NCBI GenBank assembly: GCA_023247915.1
Contig: JAHFFN010000004.1
Coordinates: 1 to 62,993 of the forward strand
DNA from: Candidatus Omnitrophota bacterium
Lineage (GTDB): Bacteria > Omnitrophota > Gorgyraeia > 2-02-FULL-51-18
Direction: 5' to 3'
Length of the DNA: 62,993 nucleotides
Shown here: piece after piece, positions 45,216-55,700 of the stretch
How positions within the stretch are numbered: the first letter of the stretch is position 1
How the letters are laid out: the number at the start of each line of letters is the position of its first letter
Made by a program: the position numbers and the translations under genes
The notes under the pieces: model-generated
Databases searched by the model: none
What the model was told of the DNA's origin: nothing
Seen by the model: the letters and a program-made list of their open reading frames with translations, nothing else

Positions 45216-46553
45216 ATGTATACTATTTCTATGAAATACACGGCCTTAAAAGCACTATTATTTGCTGTCGCCCTCACGTGGTTCGCCTCGAACGCCTATT
45301 CTGCCGATTATTTTTGTGAAGTTATGACTTTGAAAGGCGCTGCTTTTGTCACATCTGAAGGAACCGCTAAAAAGCCGCTAGCTCAGGGCGATCTGATTAA
45401 AACCGGGGATTTTATTGAAGTGGAGTCTGACAGCTATGTCGATCTAGCCTATGATAAGGAATGGAATAACATCACCCGCCTTGGCGAGAATTCTAAGATG
45501 AAAATTAAGTCCGTTTATCCTACCGGCCTTAGCCTGGATCGGGGCGACTTGTTTTCCAAGCTCCAGAAACTGCCAAAAGGCACTACTTTTGAAGTTCAGA
45601 CCCCCACCGCTGTGGCGGCGGTTCGCGGCACCGAGTTTTTTACTTCGGTGGATGAGCGAGGTAAGACCGATGTGGTGAGTCTTGAACACAGTGTCGAAGT
45701 TTTTAATTTGGACGCCTCCGGAAATCTCGGGACGGGCGTTGTCGTGGGCGAATCCGAAAGAACTCAAGTCGAAACTGGCAATGAAGCTCCGCGCGCGCCG
45801 GAAAAAGCCACCGAAGCGGATATGGGCAAAGTTAAGGAAATGAATGCCGGTGTGACCGGAAAGATTAAAGAAACTATGGAGCAAGGGCGTTTGGGTCAGG
45901 TACAAACCGTGGGAACAGTGGAAGCGATGACGGCGCTCGAAAGAAATTATTTGGGTGGTAAAGACTCGGCCTCGACTTCGGATACTACGACGGATCAGCC
46001 CAAACCTTCCGATGATCAAAATAAAACCGGCACTGGAAATAACAATGGTGGCGGGCCGGGAGCGGGTGGCGGTTGTCCTCCGGATTGCGGCGGTAGCAAC
46101 ACGACTCCAGGCGGCGGGAAAGCCTTGAGCTCTGATCAAATGACAGTTTTGCGAGATCAATTTGTGCAGATGGGTGGTGACCCCACTCAATTTGAAAAAG
46201 TAAAAGATAATTTGACGAGAGTTAATCCCGATACTTTTGCGAGAGTGAGTGAAACTTTTTCCGGCGGCGAATTTCGCGGCCTAGCCACTGAAAACCGCTC
46301 TTTTGATGGAGGTAATCGAGTGCCGGACACGACGACCATACCGCAGGGGGGAATACAGCAGCCGATTATGGAGCCACACATCGTTTTACCCTTTAATGAG
46401 AACAGGGTGGATGGTCCAGTGGGAACTGGCACGCAGACTATCATTAATTCCATGGGCGGACAGCCCAATAATATGGGTTGTCTCGCGGGGGTAGATTGTA
46501 CGCAATCAAGCACTTATCGCGCATGCGGCGGATCAGGCCAACCTTCTTGTTAG
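45216..46553 (+). CDS. Secreted FecR-domain protein with Gly/Pro/Cys-rich C-terminal half
   Basis: Signal peptide ..ALLFAVALTWFASNAYSA. FecR-type beta-sandwich GDLIKTGDFIEVESDSYVDLAY .. FEVQTPTAVAAVRGTEF. Low-complexity GTGNNNGGGPGAGGGCPPDCGGSNTTPGGG. Confidence 0.75.
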   Translation: MYTISMKYTALKALLFAVALTWFASNAYSADYFCEVMTLKGAAFVTSEGTAKKPLAQGDLIKTGDFIEVESDSYVDLAYDKEWNNITRLGENSKMKIKSVYPTGLSLDRGDLFSKLQKLPKGTTFEVQTPTAVAAVRGTEFFTSVDERGKTDVVSLEHSVEVFNLDASGNLGTGVVVGESERTQVETGNEAPRAPEKATEADMGKVKEMNAGVTGKIKETMEQGRLGQVQTVGTVEAMTALERNYLGGKDSASTSDTTTDQPKPSDDQNKTGTGNNNGGGPGAGGGCPPDCGGSNTTPGGGKALSSDQMTVLRDQFVQMGGDPTQFEKVKDNLTRVNPDTFARVSETFSGGEFRGLATENRSFDGGNRVPDTTTIPQGGIQQPIMEPHIVLPFNENRVDGPVGTGTQTIINSMGGQPNNMGCLAGVDCTQSSTYRACGGSGQPSC

Positions 46554-46581
46554 CGAGACTCCCCATAAAAAATAAAAACAG

Positions 46582-47679
46582 ATGATCCGTAAAAATCCCA
46601 CACTTTTTATTCTGGCTGTTTCTCTGCTTATTTTTACACTGTCTTCCAAAAACGCTTGGAGTGAAGGTGAGTCCGCTAGTGATCTCACCATTGAGCAGAA
46701 ACAAGAAAAGCGCTTGCTCTTCAATCAATACGTGGAAGATGAAATCGCCCGCCGCGAAAAAGAAAAATATAAAAACAAACAAGAAGAGCAGAAAAAAACT
46801 TGGATCAGCAAGGTTTCCAGTGTTTACGGGTATGACAGCAACGTCAATCTAAACTCCAGCCATCGTGGTGATGGTTTCTTTCAGGAGACGATGGAAGGAT
46901 CCTTCAAGATCGACCGACCCTCCATCCCGGCGATCGCGTCGGCGGGGCGTTTAGGTGTGAATTGGTACAATGAATTTTACGAGTATGAAAATACCGAAAC
47001 ACTCAGCTATCAGACGTCCTCAATCAGTGTTTTTACCGAAGAAAAAATAAATCCTAAGCTGAAATTAAAGCTCGCCTACGAATTTAGCAATCTGCGCTAT
47101 TATCACAATGATCAATTGAATTATTATGGCCACAAAGCCAAGCCCACGTTCACGTATTATTTTTCAGACCATCTGTCAGTTAATTTTTACACTTCTTACG
47201 AATACCGGGATTACATCTCGCGAAAGGCGCTCGATAACGCCAACGGGCCTTCGGGTGAAGGCCGGGTCGACGGTTATTATGAGTTGGGCATCGGCCCGCG
47301 GTTTTATCCGACCGACAAAACCTACATCGGCGGAACCTTGGCACTTAAATGGAATGATTCCAACGACGCTTTTCATCAGTATAATGATTATGACGGCTGG
47401 AAAGCCAACGGATTTATTTATCAAAAATTAAATGACCGTTTTTCAACAGTCGCGTTGGCTGGCTACGATTACAAAAATTATGCGTCGCGCACGTTTCAAG
47501 CAGATTCTGCTGAAACAGAGGAAGATCGATTATTTTATTTGGGCGATAACCTCTATTATGATTTTAATAAAAATTGGCAGGTTTTTTGCTCTTATGTTTA
47601 CAAGCAGAATGATTGCAATGATCCTTTGCTGGAATTCAGCGGTTATACCATGAGCGCTGGAGTGAATTTCACATTTTGA
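46582..47679 (+). CDS. Putative outer-membrane beta-barrel protein
   Basis: Signal peptide ..LLIFTLSSKNAWS. Charged Lys/Glu linker, then alternating-hydrophobic strands rich in Y/N/D. C-terminal ..YTMSAGVNFTF (terminal Phe). Confidence 0.6.
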   Translation: MIRKNPTLFILAVSLLIFTLSSKNAWSEGESASDLTIEQKQEKRLLFNQYVEDEIARREKEKYKNKQEEQKKTWISKVSSVYGYDSNVNLNSSHRGDGFFQETMEGSFKIDRPSIPAIASAGRLGVNWYNEFYEYENTETLSYQTSSISVFTEEKINPKLKLKLAYEFSNLRYYHNDQLNYYGHKAKPTFTYYFSDHLSVNFYTSYEYRDYISRKALDNANGPSGEGRVDGYYELGIGPRFYPTDKTYIGGTLALKWNDSNDAFHQYNDYDGWKANGFIYQKLNDRFSTVALAGYDYKNYASRTFQADSAETEEDRLFYLGDNLYYDFNKNWQVFCSYVYKQNDCNDPLLEFSGYTMSAGVNFTF

Positions 47680-47709
47680 TGAGTCACATCGAATAACAGG
47701 AGGAAGGCT

Positions 47710-50181
47710 ATGCCGGTGTTTGGAAAACTAATGAAAAGTTATTGTCGTCAATTTTTGTTGATCGCTGTCTTGTTGGTTTTGCAGGGGACGGCGTTCGCCA
47801 GCGAAGCGGATCTTAAGATTCCGGATCTTCATGAGGGGAGTTTTGCTTTATTCGGAGGACTCTCAGGTTTTCAAATCCTTCTTTATGGCGCAATGGTGAT
47901 TTTGGGAACGGTAGGGCTGTCGCTTTACCAATTCATGAAAATCAAAGCGCTTCCTGCTCATCGATCCATGCTCGATGTAGCAGAAACAATTTTTCAGACT
48001 TGCACCACCTATTTAAAACAGCAGGCGAAATTTCTGGCAATGCTCTTTGCCATCATCGCGTGCGCAATGGCTTATTATTTTATCGGGCTCAAGCACGAGC
48101 CTTTGATGACTTTAGGACTTGTTCTTTTCTTCTCAATCGTTGGTATGGCGGGCTCAACGCTTGTTGCTTGGTACGGTATTCGCGTTAACACTTACGCCAA
48201 TGCTCGCACCGCTTTTGCTTCTTTGCGTGGCGTGCCTTGGGATGTGGTCAACATTCCTTTACGAGCCGGCATGTCCGTGGGACTTTTCTTGATCTCCGTG
48301 GAATTGGTCATGATGGTCATTATCCTTCTTTTTGTTCCGCGCGAAATCGTCGGTTACTGCTTCTTGGGGTTTGCCATCGGGGAGTCGCTCGGAGCCAGCG
48401 CGCTGCGTATCGCGGGCGGTATCTTTACCAAGATCGCGGATATCGGCTCGGATCTCATGAAAATTGTTTTTAAGGTCAAAGAGGATGATCCGCGCAACCC
48501 GGGCGTCATCGCGGACTGCGCGGGCGACAATGCCGGCGACTCCGTGGGGCCTACCGCGGATGGTTTTGAAACTTATGGCGTGACCGGTGTGGCACTCATT
48601 TCATTCATCACGCTGGCGATTAAGGATCCGTCTCTTCAAGCCAAACTGATTGTCTGGATTTTTGCCATGCGCTTCCTCATGGATTTTATGTCAGGCGCTT
48701 CTTACTTTATTAACAAAGTAATTTCTGAGCGCAAATACAAAGATTTGAAAAATTTCGATTTTGAAGAGCCGCTGACACGTCTCATCATGATCGCAACGAC
48801 GCTTTGTATTTCCACGTCTTACGGTATGTCCTATCTTCTCATTGGCGATTTGGCGGATCCCACGCTTTGGTGGAAGTTCGCTTCGATTATCGCTTGCGGA
48901 ACCATGGGAGCCTTTCTGATTCCGGAATTTACGAAGATATTCACTTCTTCGCATTCCAAGCATGTGCACGAGATTGTCACGGCTTCACGTGAAGGAGGAG
49001 CCTCGCTGACGATTTTATCGGGTATCGTGGCGGGTTCATTTTCAGCCTTCTGGAAGGGCATTCTCATCGCAGGTCTGATGTTTGTGGCCTATCTCATTTC
49101 GGGAATGGGGCTTCAGAACATCATGCCTCACGCCTCGGTTTTCGCATTTGGTTTGGTGGCATATGGTTTTCTCTGTATGGGCCCGGTGAATATCGCCGTG
49201 GACTCCTACGGCCCTGTGACGGACAATGCGCAATCCATTTTTGAACTTTCTCAGATGGAATCAATTCCCGGGATTGAAAAGGAAGTCGAAAAGGATTTTG
49301 GTTTCAAACCCAACTTTAAGACAGGCAAGCACTATCTCGAGGCCAATGATTCGGCAGGCAATACTTTTAAAGCGACGGCGAAGCCCGTTCTTATCGCCAC
49401 GGCCGTTGCGGGAGCGACGACAATGATTTTTTCAATCATTCTTCTTCTCCAGGAGCATCTCCGCGTCGGGGCTATTGCCGCGGCGGGAGGCGCAGCGGTT
49501 GCTGATAATATCGGAGAGATCTTGTTACACGAAAAACTTTCTCTGACGGCGTCACCGATCCTACTCGGATTTCTTTGCGGCGGCGCCGTGATTTATTGGT
49601 TCTGCGGAGCATCCATTCAGGCAGTCACCACTGGCGCTTACTCTGCCGTCGAGTACATCAAAAAGAACATGGATCTTAGTATGAAGGAAGCCAAGCGGGA
49701 AGACTCCATCACCGTTGTGCGGATTTGCACCGAGTACGCTCAAAAGGGAATGTGGAATATTTTTCTCGGTCTTTTGGCGTTTACGCTCGCTTTCGCACTC
49801 TTTGATCCGTACTTTTTTATCGCCTATCTGATGGCTATCGCAGTTTTTGGGCTTTTTCAAGCGATGTACATGGCCAATGCGGGCGGCTCTTGGGACAACG
49901 CGAAGAAGCTTGTCGAAGTCGACTTGGGAGAAAAGAATACTCCGCTACATGCTGCGACTGTCGTGGGGGATACCGTGGGCGATCCTTTCAAAGACACGAC
50001 TTCTGTCTCCCTGAATCCCATCATCAAGTTTTCGACGCTCTTCGGCATGCTTGCCGTTGAGATCGCGATCAAAATGGATCCGATGACGACGCGAATCGCC
50101 GGAAGCGGATTTTTTCTTATCGGGCTGTTTTTTGTTTGGAAGTCTTTTTACGGAATGCGGATTCCGGAAAAGGTTAAATGA
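47710..50181 (+). CDS. hppA: Membrane-integral proton-pumping pyrophosphatase
   Basis: AGGAGGA RBS. GGIFTKIADIGSDLMK, DCAGDNAGDSVGPTADGFETY, GGSWDNAKK, GDTVGDPFKDTTSVSLN. GNTFKATAKP has Lys at the A/K position, suggesting the K+-independent type. Confidence 0.92.
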   Translation: MPVFGKLMKSYCRQFLLIAVLLVLQGTAFASEADLKIPDLHEGSFALFGGLSGFQILLYGAMVILGTVGLSLYQFMKIKALPAHRSMLDVAETIFQTCTTYLKQQAKFLAMLFAIIACAMAYYFIGLKHEPLMTLGLVLFFSIVGMAGSTLVAWYGIRVNTYANARTAFASLRGVPWDVVNIPLRAGMSVGLFLISVELVMMVIILLFVPREIVGYCFLGFAIGESLGASALRIAGGIFTKIADIGSDLMKIVFKVKEDDPRNPGVIADCAGDNAGDSVGPTADGFETYGVTGVALISFITLAIKDPSLQAKLIVWIFAMRFLMDFMSGASYFINKVISERKYKDLKNFDFEEPLTRLIMIATTLCISTSYGMSYLLIGDLADPTLWWKFASIIACGTMGAFLIPEFTKIFTSSHSKHVHEIVTASREGGASLTILSGIVAGSFSAFWKGILIAGLMFVAYLISGMGLQNIMPHASVFAFGLVAYGFLCMGPVNIAVDSYGPVTDNAQSIFELSQMESIPGIEKEVEKDFGFKPNFKTGKHYLEANDSAGNTFKATAKPVLIATAVAGATTMIFSIILLLQEHLRVGAIAAAGGAAVADNIGEILLHEKLSLTASPILLGFLCGGAVIYWFCGASIQAVTTGAYSAVEYIKKNMDLSMKEAKREDSITVVRICTEYAQKGMWNIFLGLLAFTLAFALFDPYFFIAYLMAIAVFGLFQAMYMANAGGSWDNAKKLVEVDLGEKNTPLHAATVVGDTVGDPFKDTTSVSLNPIIKFSTLFGMLAVEIAIKMDPMTTRIAGSGFFLIGLFFVWKSFYGMRIPEKVK

Positions 50182-50804
50182 TCGAACAGCTGATCGGATT
50201 TTTACACCATCCCGACCAACTCATCGCTTGGGGCGGATATGTCGGGATGGTGGTCATTGTTTTTTCAGAGACGGGTTTGCTCGCGGGATTTTTTCTGCCG
50301 GGGGACTCGCTTTTAGTGACCGCGGGATTGATGGCGGCGCAGGGGACACTCGATTATTTATTTTTAAGCACAATCTTGACTGTCACCGCCATTGTGGGGG
50401 ACAGCACCGGTTACTGGATCGGATCCTTCGCGGGTCCGCGGCTTTTTAAACGCGAAGATTCTTTTTTCTTCCACCGAAAGCATGTCGAGCGGACGCATCA
50501 ATTTTTTGAAAAGCATGGCGGGAAAACCATCATTCTGGCGCGGTTTGTGCCGATCGTGAGAACTTTTGCGCCCACGGTTGCCGGCGTGGGGAAGATGTCT
50601 TACCGTAAATTTTTTATGTTCAATGTGGCGGGCGCTGTCCTATGGGTATGGGGTATGATCTCCATCGGATTTTTTCTTGGCAAAACCATACCTGATATTG
50701 ATAAACATTTGCATCTGGTCATTCTCGTGGTTATTTTTGTCTCTTTTCTGCCGGTTCTATTCGAGTGGCGTCGATCCCGCAAGAACAACAAATCCCGCGC
50801 CTAA
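50178..50804 (+). CDS. DedA-family membrane protein
   Basis: ATGA overlap with hppA. VFSETGLLAGFFLPGDSLLVTAG .. KTIILARFVPIVRTFAP. Confidence 0.85.
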   Translation: MIEQLIGFLHHPDQLIAWGGYVGMVVIVFSETGLLAGFFLPGDSLLVTAGLMAAQGTLDYLFLSTILTVTAIVGDSTGYWIGSFAGPRLFKREDSFFFHRKHVERTHQFFEKHGGKTIILARFVPIVRTFAPTVAGVGKMSYRKFFMFNVAGAVLWVWGMISIGFFLGKTIPDIDKHLHLVILVVIFVSFLPVLFEWRRSRKNNKSRA

Positions 50805-50823
50805 TTCATCCCCATATTTTTTA

Positions 50824-50852
50824 TTGCGCAAATCCCCAATTAGACTTATAAT
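50824..50852 (+). promoter_or_regulatory. Candidate sigma-70 promoter of marR-tolC-RND
   Basis: TTGCGC (50824-50829), 17-nt spacer, perfect TATAAT (50847-50852). ATG is at 50881. Confidence 0.45.
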
Positions 50853-50854
50853 CA

Positions 50855-50877
50855 AATAGTTAGACAATAAAACTATT
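50855..50877 (+). promoter_or_regulatory. Candidate MarR operator (inverted repeat)
   Basis: AATAGTT (50855-50861), 9 nt, AACTATT (50871-50877). Perfect 7-bp arms between the -10 box and the start codon. Confidence 0.4.
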
Positions 50878-50880
50878 CTT

Positions 50881-51330
50881 ATGAAAACTAAAAATATCCA
50901 TCAGTTTAGCCGCCAAGTCGTTGAAATACTGCCCTTGCTTCTTCGTGAATTTTCACGCCGCGAGGACAATGAGCTTACGCGCGGCCAAATCACATGCCCG
51001 CAAATGGTGACGCTGGATTATGTTTGGCGCCACGGCCAAGTCAAAATGAGCGCGCTTTCAGAGCTTCACTCCGTGCGCAAAAGCTCCGTCACGGTGCTCG
51101 TGAATCGCCTGATTTCTCAGAAAATGTTGAATCGCCGTCATGATGAGGGGGATCGGCGCATTGTTTGGGTGAGCATTACGCCCAAAGGAAAAAAAGTGGT
51201 TTCCCAGATTCTCAATCAGAAACAAAAAAGCATCGAGGCGGTTTTTTGTGTTTTAACGGCGGCAGAGCGCGAACAGTATCTATCGACGCTCCGTAAAATC
51301 CAGCGCTCAATTTTGGAAAATAAAATTTAA
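50881..51330 (+). CDS. MarR-family transcriptional regulator
   Basis: Winged-HTH pattern VKMSALSELHSVRKSSVTVLVNRLISQKMLNRRHDEGDRRIVWVSITPKGKK. Confidence 0.85.
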   Translation: MKTKNIHQFSRQVVEILPLLLREFSRREDNELTRGQITCPQMVTLDYVWRHGQVKMSALSELHSVRKSSVTVLVNRLISQKMLNRRHDEGDRRIVWVSITPKGKKVVSQILNQKQKSIEAVFCVLTAAEREQYLSTLRKIQRSILENKI

Positions 51331-52739
51331 TGAAAAAAATATTCTTTTTATTCCTCTTGTTCTGTTTTTTATTTTCCGCGGTGGAACCGGCGGATGCGTT
51401 TTGGTTTTTCGGAAAAAAAGAAGCAAAGCTGGTAGCGGTCTCGGAAACGCCCAAAGAACCGGTAACGCCAAAAATTGTGGAAGCGCCCAAAGAAGAAAAA
51501 GTCGAGGTTCCGACGCTCACGCTTAAAAAAGCCTATCACTTGTCTTTGAAGCAAAGCGAAGAAATCGCCCGGCGTGTCCAGGAAATGGGCATTGCCCAGG
51601 GACATGTGTATCAGGCGCTTGGCGTGATTTTGCCGAAAGTCGATTATTTTATTACGCATTTTGAGCAAGACGTGTCCGGGGAGCCTAGCTCTTCCGGCGG
51701 ATCCAGCAGTAATTCATTTCGCCGGACAACGCCTCAGCAAAAGATTACTTTCAGCCAGCCGATTTTTTCAGGATTTAAAGAATTTGCCGCGATTCAGGGG
51801 GCGGGCGCCGAGAAAGCCCAAAGACATTTTGAAATTCAAAAAGCCAAAGAAACCCTATTTATTGATGTGACTGAGGCGTTTTACGCGGTGCTTCAGTCTC
51901 AAAAGGATGTCACCACTTTACTGAGGATTCGTGTGGCGTTAGCCAAAAGAAATCGAGACATAAAAAAACGCGTGGAGGTCGGGCGTTCCCGTGAAGGGGA
52001 GTCTCTGTCTGCCTACTCCGACCTGCTTCTAGTCGAGACCGATTTGGATCAGGCGCGGAGGACTTTGCGGCTTTCAAAAGAATTACTGGGATTCTATATA
52101 GGGAAGGATGTGACGGAAACGCTTTTAGACGAACCATTGCCGACCACGAGTTTCTCCGATTTATCTTTTTATACCGCCAAAGCGCTGAATCGTTCGGAAG
52201 TGAAAGCCGCTGAAAACGCCAGAACATTGGCTGAAAAAAAAGTGGTGGTGGCTCAGTCCGGACTTTTCCCAGCAGTGACTCTGGATGGAAACTATTACAC
52301 CAAGCGTGTGGGATTTCAAAACGGCAATGACTGGGATCTGCTTTTGACGGTGGACGTGCCTATTTTTAATCGCCTGGACACCTTTGGTGATATTCGCGTG
52401 GCGGCTTCCGAGAAAGATCAGGCGGTGGCGACGTATCAGGAAACGCGGCGTAAGGCCAAGCTTGAAATTAAAAACGCGTATGATGAATTTGTGACCTCCC
52501 GGGCGATTGAAGAGAGACTTTCACGGGCGACGACCGCCACACAAAAAGATTATGATTTTCATCGAAAAGAATACGAAACGGATCTTGTCAGCAATCTGGA
52601 TGTTTTGGACGCTCTCAGAAGATATGAAGAAGCCGAGCTTCGTCGCAATACGGCGTACTATAATTTTAGAAAGAATTTTTGGAAATTAAAAATTGCTGTC
52701 GGGGAGCTTCCGGCAGATCCCATAGAAGGCGAAAAATGA
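51330..52739 (+). CDS. TolC-family outer-membrane efflux protein
   Basis: TAATG overlap with marR. Signal peptide, then two OEP repeats (LTLKKAYHLSLKQSEEI.., LSFYTAKALNRSEVKAAEN..), ending ..YYNFRKNFWKLKIAVG. Confidence 0.85.
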   Translation: MKKIFFLFLLFCFLFSAVEPADAFWFFGKKEAKLVAVSETPKEPVTPKIVEAPKEEKVEVPTLTLKKAYHLSLKQSEEIARRVQEMGIAQGHVYQALGVILPKVDYFITHFEQDVSGEPSSSGGSSSNSFRRTTPQQKITFSQPIFSGFKEFAAIQGAGAEKAQRHFEIQKAKETLFIDVTEAFYAVLQSQKDVTTLLRIRVALAKRNRDIKKRVEVGRSREGESLSAYSDLLLVETDLDQARRTLRLSKELLGFYIGKDVTETLLDEPLPTTSFSDLSFYTAKALNRSEVKAAENARTLAEKKVVVAQSGLFPAVTLDGNYYTKRVGFQNGNDWDLLLTVDVPIFNRLDTFGDIRVAASEKDQAVATYQETRRKAKLEIKNAYDEFVTSRAIEERLSRATTATQKDYDFHRKEYETDLVSNLDVLDALRRYEEAELRRNTAYYNFRKNFWKLKIAVGELPADPIEGEK

Positions 52740-55700
52740 CACTCTCCGATATTTCCATTAAAAACCCCGTATTTTCCTGGATGTTGATGGCGGCATTGAT
52801 CGTTTTTGGCGGTATTTCTTATAAGGATCTTGGCGTTAGTCAGATGCCTGAAATTGATTTTCCCGTGCTCACGGTTTCCGTGACTTGGGAGGGCGCCGCA
52901 CCGGAAGTCATGGAAAGCGACGTCGCCGATGTGATTGAAGACGCCGTCATGAGTTCGCAAGGTTTAAAGGAAGTTACCTCGACGACGCGTCAGGGCTCGA
53001 CCGATGTGAAGCTTGAGTTTGATTTGAGCCGCGACATTGATGTTGCGCTCCAGGAAGTGCAGTCGCGCGTGGCGCAAGCCCAACGACGTCTTCCGGAAGA
53101 CATTGATCCGCCGACGGTTTCCAAACAAAATCCGACGGATCAGCCGATTATGTGGTTGGCGGTTTCTGGGGACATGCCTTTGCGCGAGATGATTACCTAT
53201 GTGCAGGATCATTTGAAGGATCGTTTCCAAACCATCCCGGGCGTGGGTGAGATTCTTTTGAGCGGTTATGTGGATCGCAATCTACGCGTGTGGGTGTCGG
53301 ATAAAAAGTTGGAAGAGTATCAACTCACCGTCGGCGATATTATTGGCGCCATTGAGTCAAATCACGCGGAATTACCGGCCGGACGCATTGAAACACCCGA
53401 AAAAGAAATGAATGTGCGCACGATGGGAGAGGCACTTTCGATTGAAGAGTTTGGCAATATTCTGATCTCGCGCCGCGGCGGACAGCCGGTTTATAAACCT
53501 ATTTATTTGAAAGATGTCGCGCAGATTGAAGACGCGCTGGCGGATCAACGCCGTCTTTCGCGTGTGCTTGGAAAGCCGGCCGTCGGGTTGGGGATCCGGA
53601 AACAGACGGGCGCTAACTCCGTGGAAGTCGCGCATGCGGTGAAGAAAAAGTTGGCCGAAGTGCAAAAGGATTTGCCGGAAGGAATGAGACTGGGCATTAA
53701 TTTTGATTCCACCACATTTGTGGAGGATGCGATTCACGAACTTTTATTTGCCCTGTTGATGTCGGCACTGTTGACGGCGGCAGTTTGCTGGTTCTTTTTG
53801 GGATCTTGGAGCTCTACTTTTAATATTTTATTGGCGATTCCCACATCCATTATCGGCAGTTTTCTTGTTTTTCGTTTCATGGGATTTACGTTAAACACAT
53901 TCACGGTTCTCGCGCTGTCGCTGGCGATCGGTATCGTGGTGGATGACGCGATCATGGTGTTAGAAAATATTTTCCGTTATCACGAAAAAGGCCTCGGCCG
54001 CGTCGAAGCGGCGCAGGAAGGTGCGCGGCAGATCACATTCGCGGCTATCGCGGCAACACTGGCGCTGGTGGCGATCTTTCTTCCGGTGGCGTTTATGAAA
54101 GGTGTGATCGGCCGTTTCTTTTTTGAGTTTGGCGTGGCGATTTCGGCCGCCGTTTTATTTTCGCTTTTGGAAGCGCTCACGCTCACACCGATGCGCGCGT
54201 CGCAGTTTCTGGAAGTGGACGAAAGAAAATCGCGTTTAGGAAAAGCGGTCGAAAAATGGTTTTCGGATTTGGCGGCATTGTACGGTCGGTCGCTCAAGCG
54301 GGCGCTCAGCATTCCTTGGATTGTGATCGCCGCCTCGGTTGTTTTTTTTGGGGTGTCCATTTTACTTTTTGCGCCTTTGCGTAAGGAATTTGTGCCAGCT
54401 CAAGATCAGGGTTATTTCTTGCTTCGGCTTCAAACACCGGTGGGATCGTCACTCCCATACACCAACGAACGCTTTAAACAAGCGGAAGACTATGTGCAAA
54501 AGGTTCCTGAGGTGGAGCGTTATTTTGCGGCGATCGGAGGTTTTGGCGGCGGGGAGGTCAATACGGGCATGCTCTTTGTTTCGCTCAAGTCCAAAGGTCA
54601 TCGCGGTGTCCGCTCCGGCGCCCATCGGGAAAAAACGCAGGCGGATCTGATGATGGATTTCCGCACGGATCTGAATAAGATTCCAAACACGAAGGTTTTT
54701 GTGCAGGATCTGTCGATGCGTGGTTTCACCGCTCAACGCGGCTATCCCGTGGAATTTTCAGTGCAGGGAAGTGATTGGGCTAAGCTTGCCGAATATTCCC
54801 AAAAAATCATGGAGAAAATGAAAGAAACGGGTCTGATGGTGGACGTCGATACGGATTATTTGCTCGGCGTGACCGAAGTCCAGATTCAGCCCAATCGTGC
54901 GAAAGCCGAAGAACATGGCGTGGACATGGCGACTATTGGCAATGCCGTCAATGCGTTGATCGGCGGTCAGCGTGTCGGCAAATACACACAAGGCGGACGG
55001 CGTTACGATGTGCGCGTGCGTTTAATTGCTTCCGACCGCATGAAGCCCGAAGACGTCGAAAAAATTTGGATTTGGAATAATCGCGGGGAGCGCGTGAAAC
55101 TTTCCGAAGTGGTGGACATTCACCTTAAGCCATCTCTTCTTAGCATTACGCGGCGTAATCGCGAGCGTTCTATTGGTGTGTTTGCCAATATGGTACCGGG
55201 CAAGTCTCAGGCGGACGCGTTAGCCGCGGTGCAAAAGATCGCCGACGAAGTGCTACCGGATGGCTATCGCATTGAGCTGACAGGTGGCGCCAAGAGTATG
55301 AAAGAATCTTTTGGCAGTCTCGGTTTTGCGTTCATTCTCGGTATTGTGATCGCGTACATGATTTTAGCGTCGCAGTTCAACAGCTTTATTCACCCGGCGA
55401 TTGTGCTTCTGGCCATGCCGTTCGCTATCTCGGGGGCGGTGATCGCGCTTCTGGTCACCAATCAATCGCTCAATCTTTACAGTATGATCGCCTTTATTTT
55501 GCTCATGGGTATCGTGAAGAAAAATTCGATCCTGCTGGTGGAATTTACCAATCACGTTCGCTCGGAGAAGGGAAAGTCCGCGCACGAAGCGCTGCTAGAA
55601 GCTTGCCCGATTCGTCTACGCCCCATTTTAATGACCTCGGTAGCGACCATTGCCGCCGCGATTCCTCCGGCCATGGCGCTTGGTCCCGGCGCGGAAACGC

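Noticed and set aside
45444-46190. 248-aa ORF antisense to the FecR-domain gene. The same applies to 60381..60923 and 59889..60356 antisense to ROK-1, 8442..8942 antisense to the PEGA gene, and 15155..15667 antisense to the S8 gene.
   Set aside because: They lie wholly inside well-supported sense genes with recognisable motifs. Their translations are Arg/Ser/Gly-rich low-complexity sequence with no motifs or RBS. These are typical shadow ORFs.
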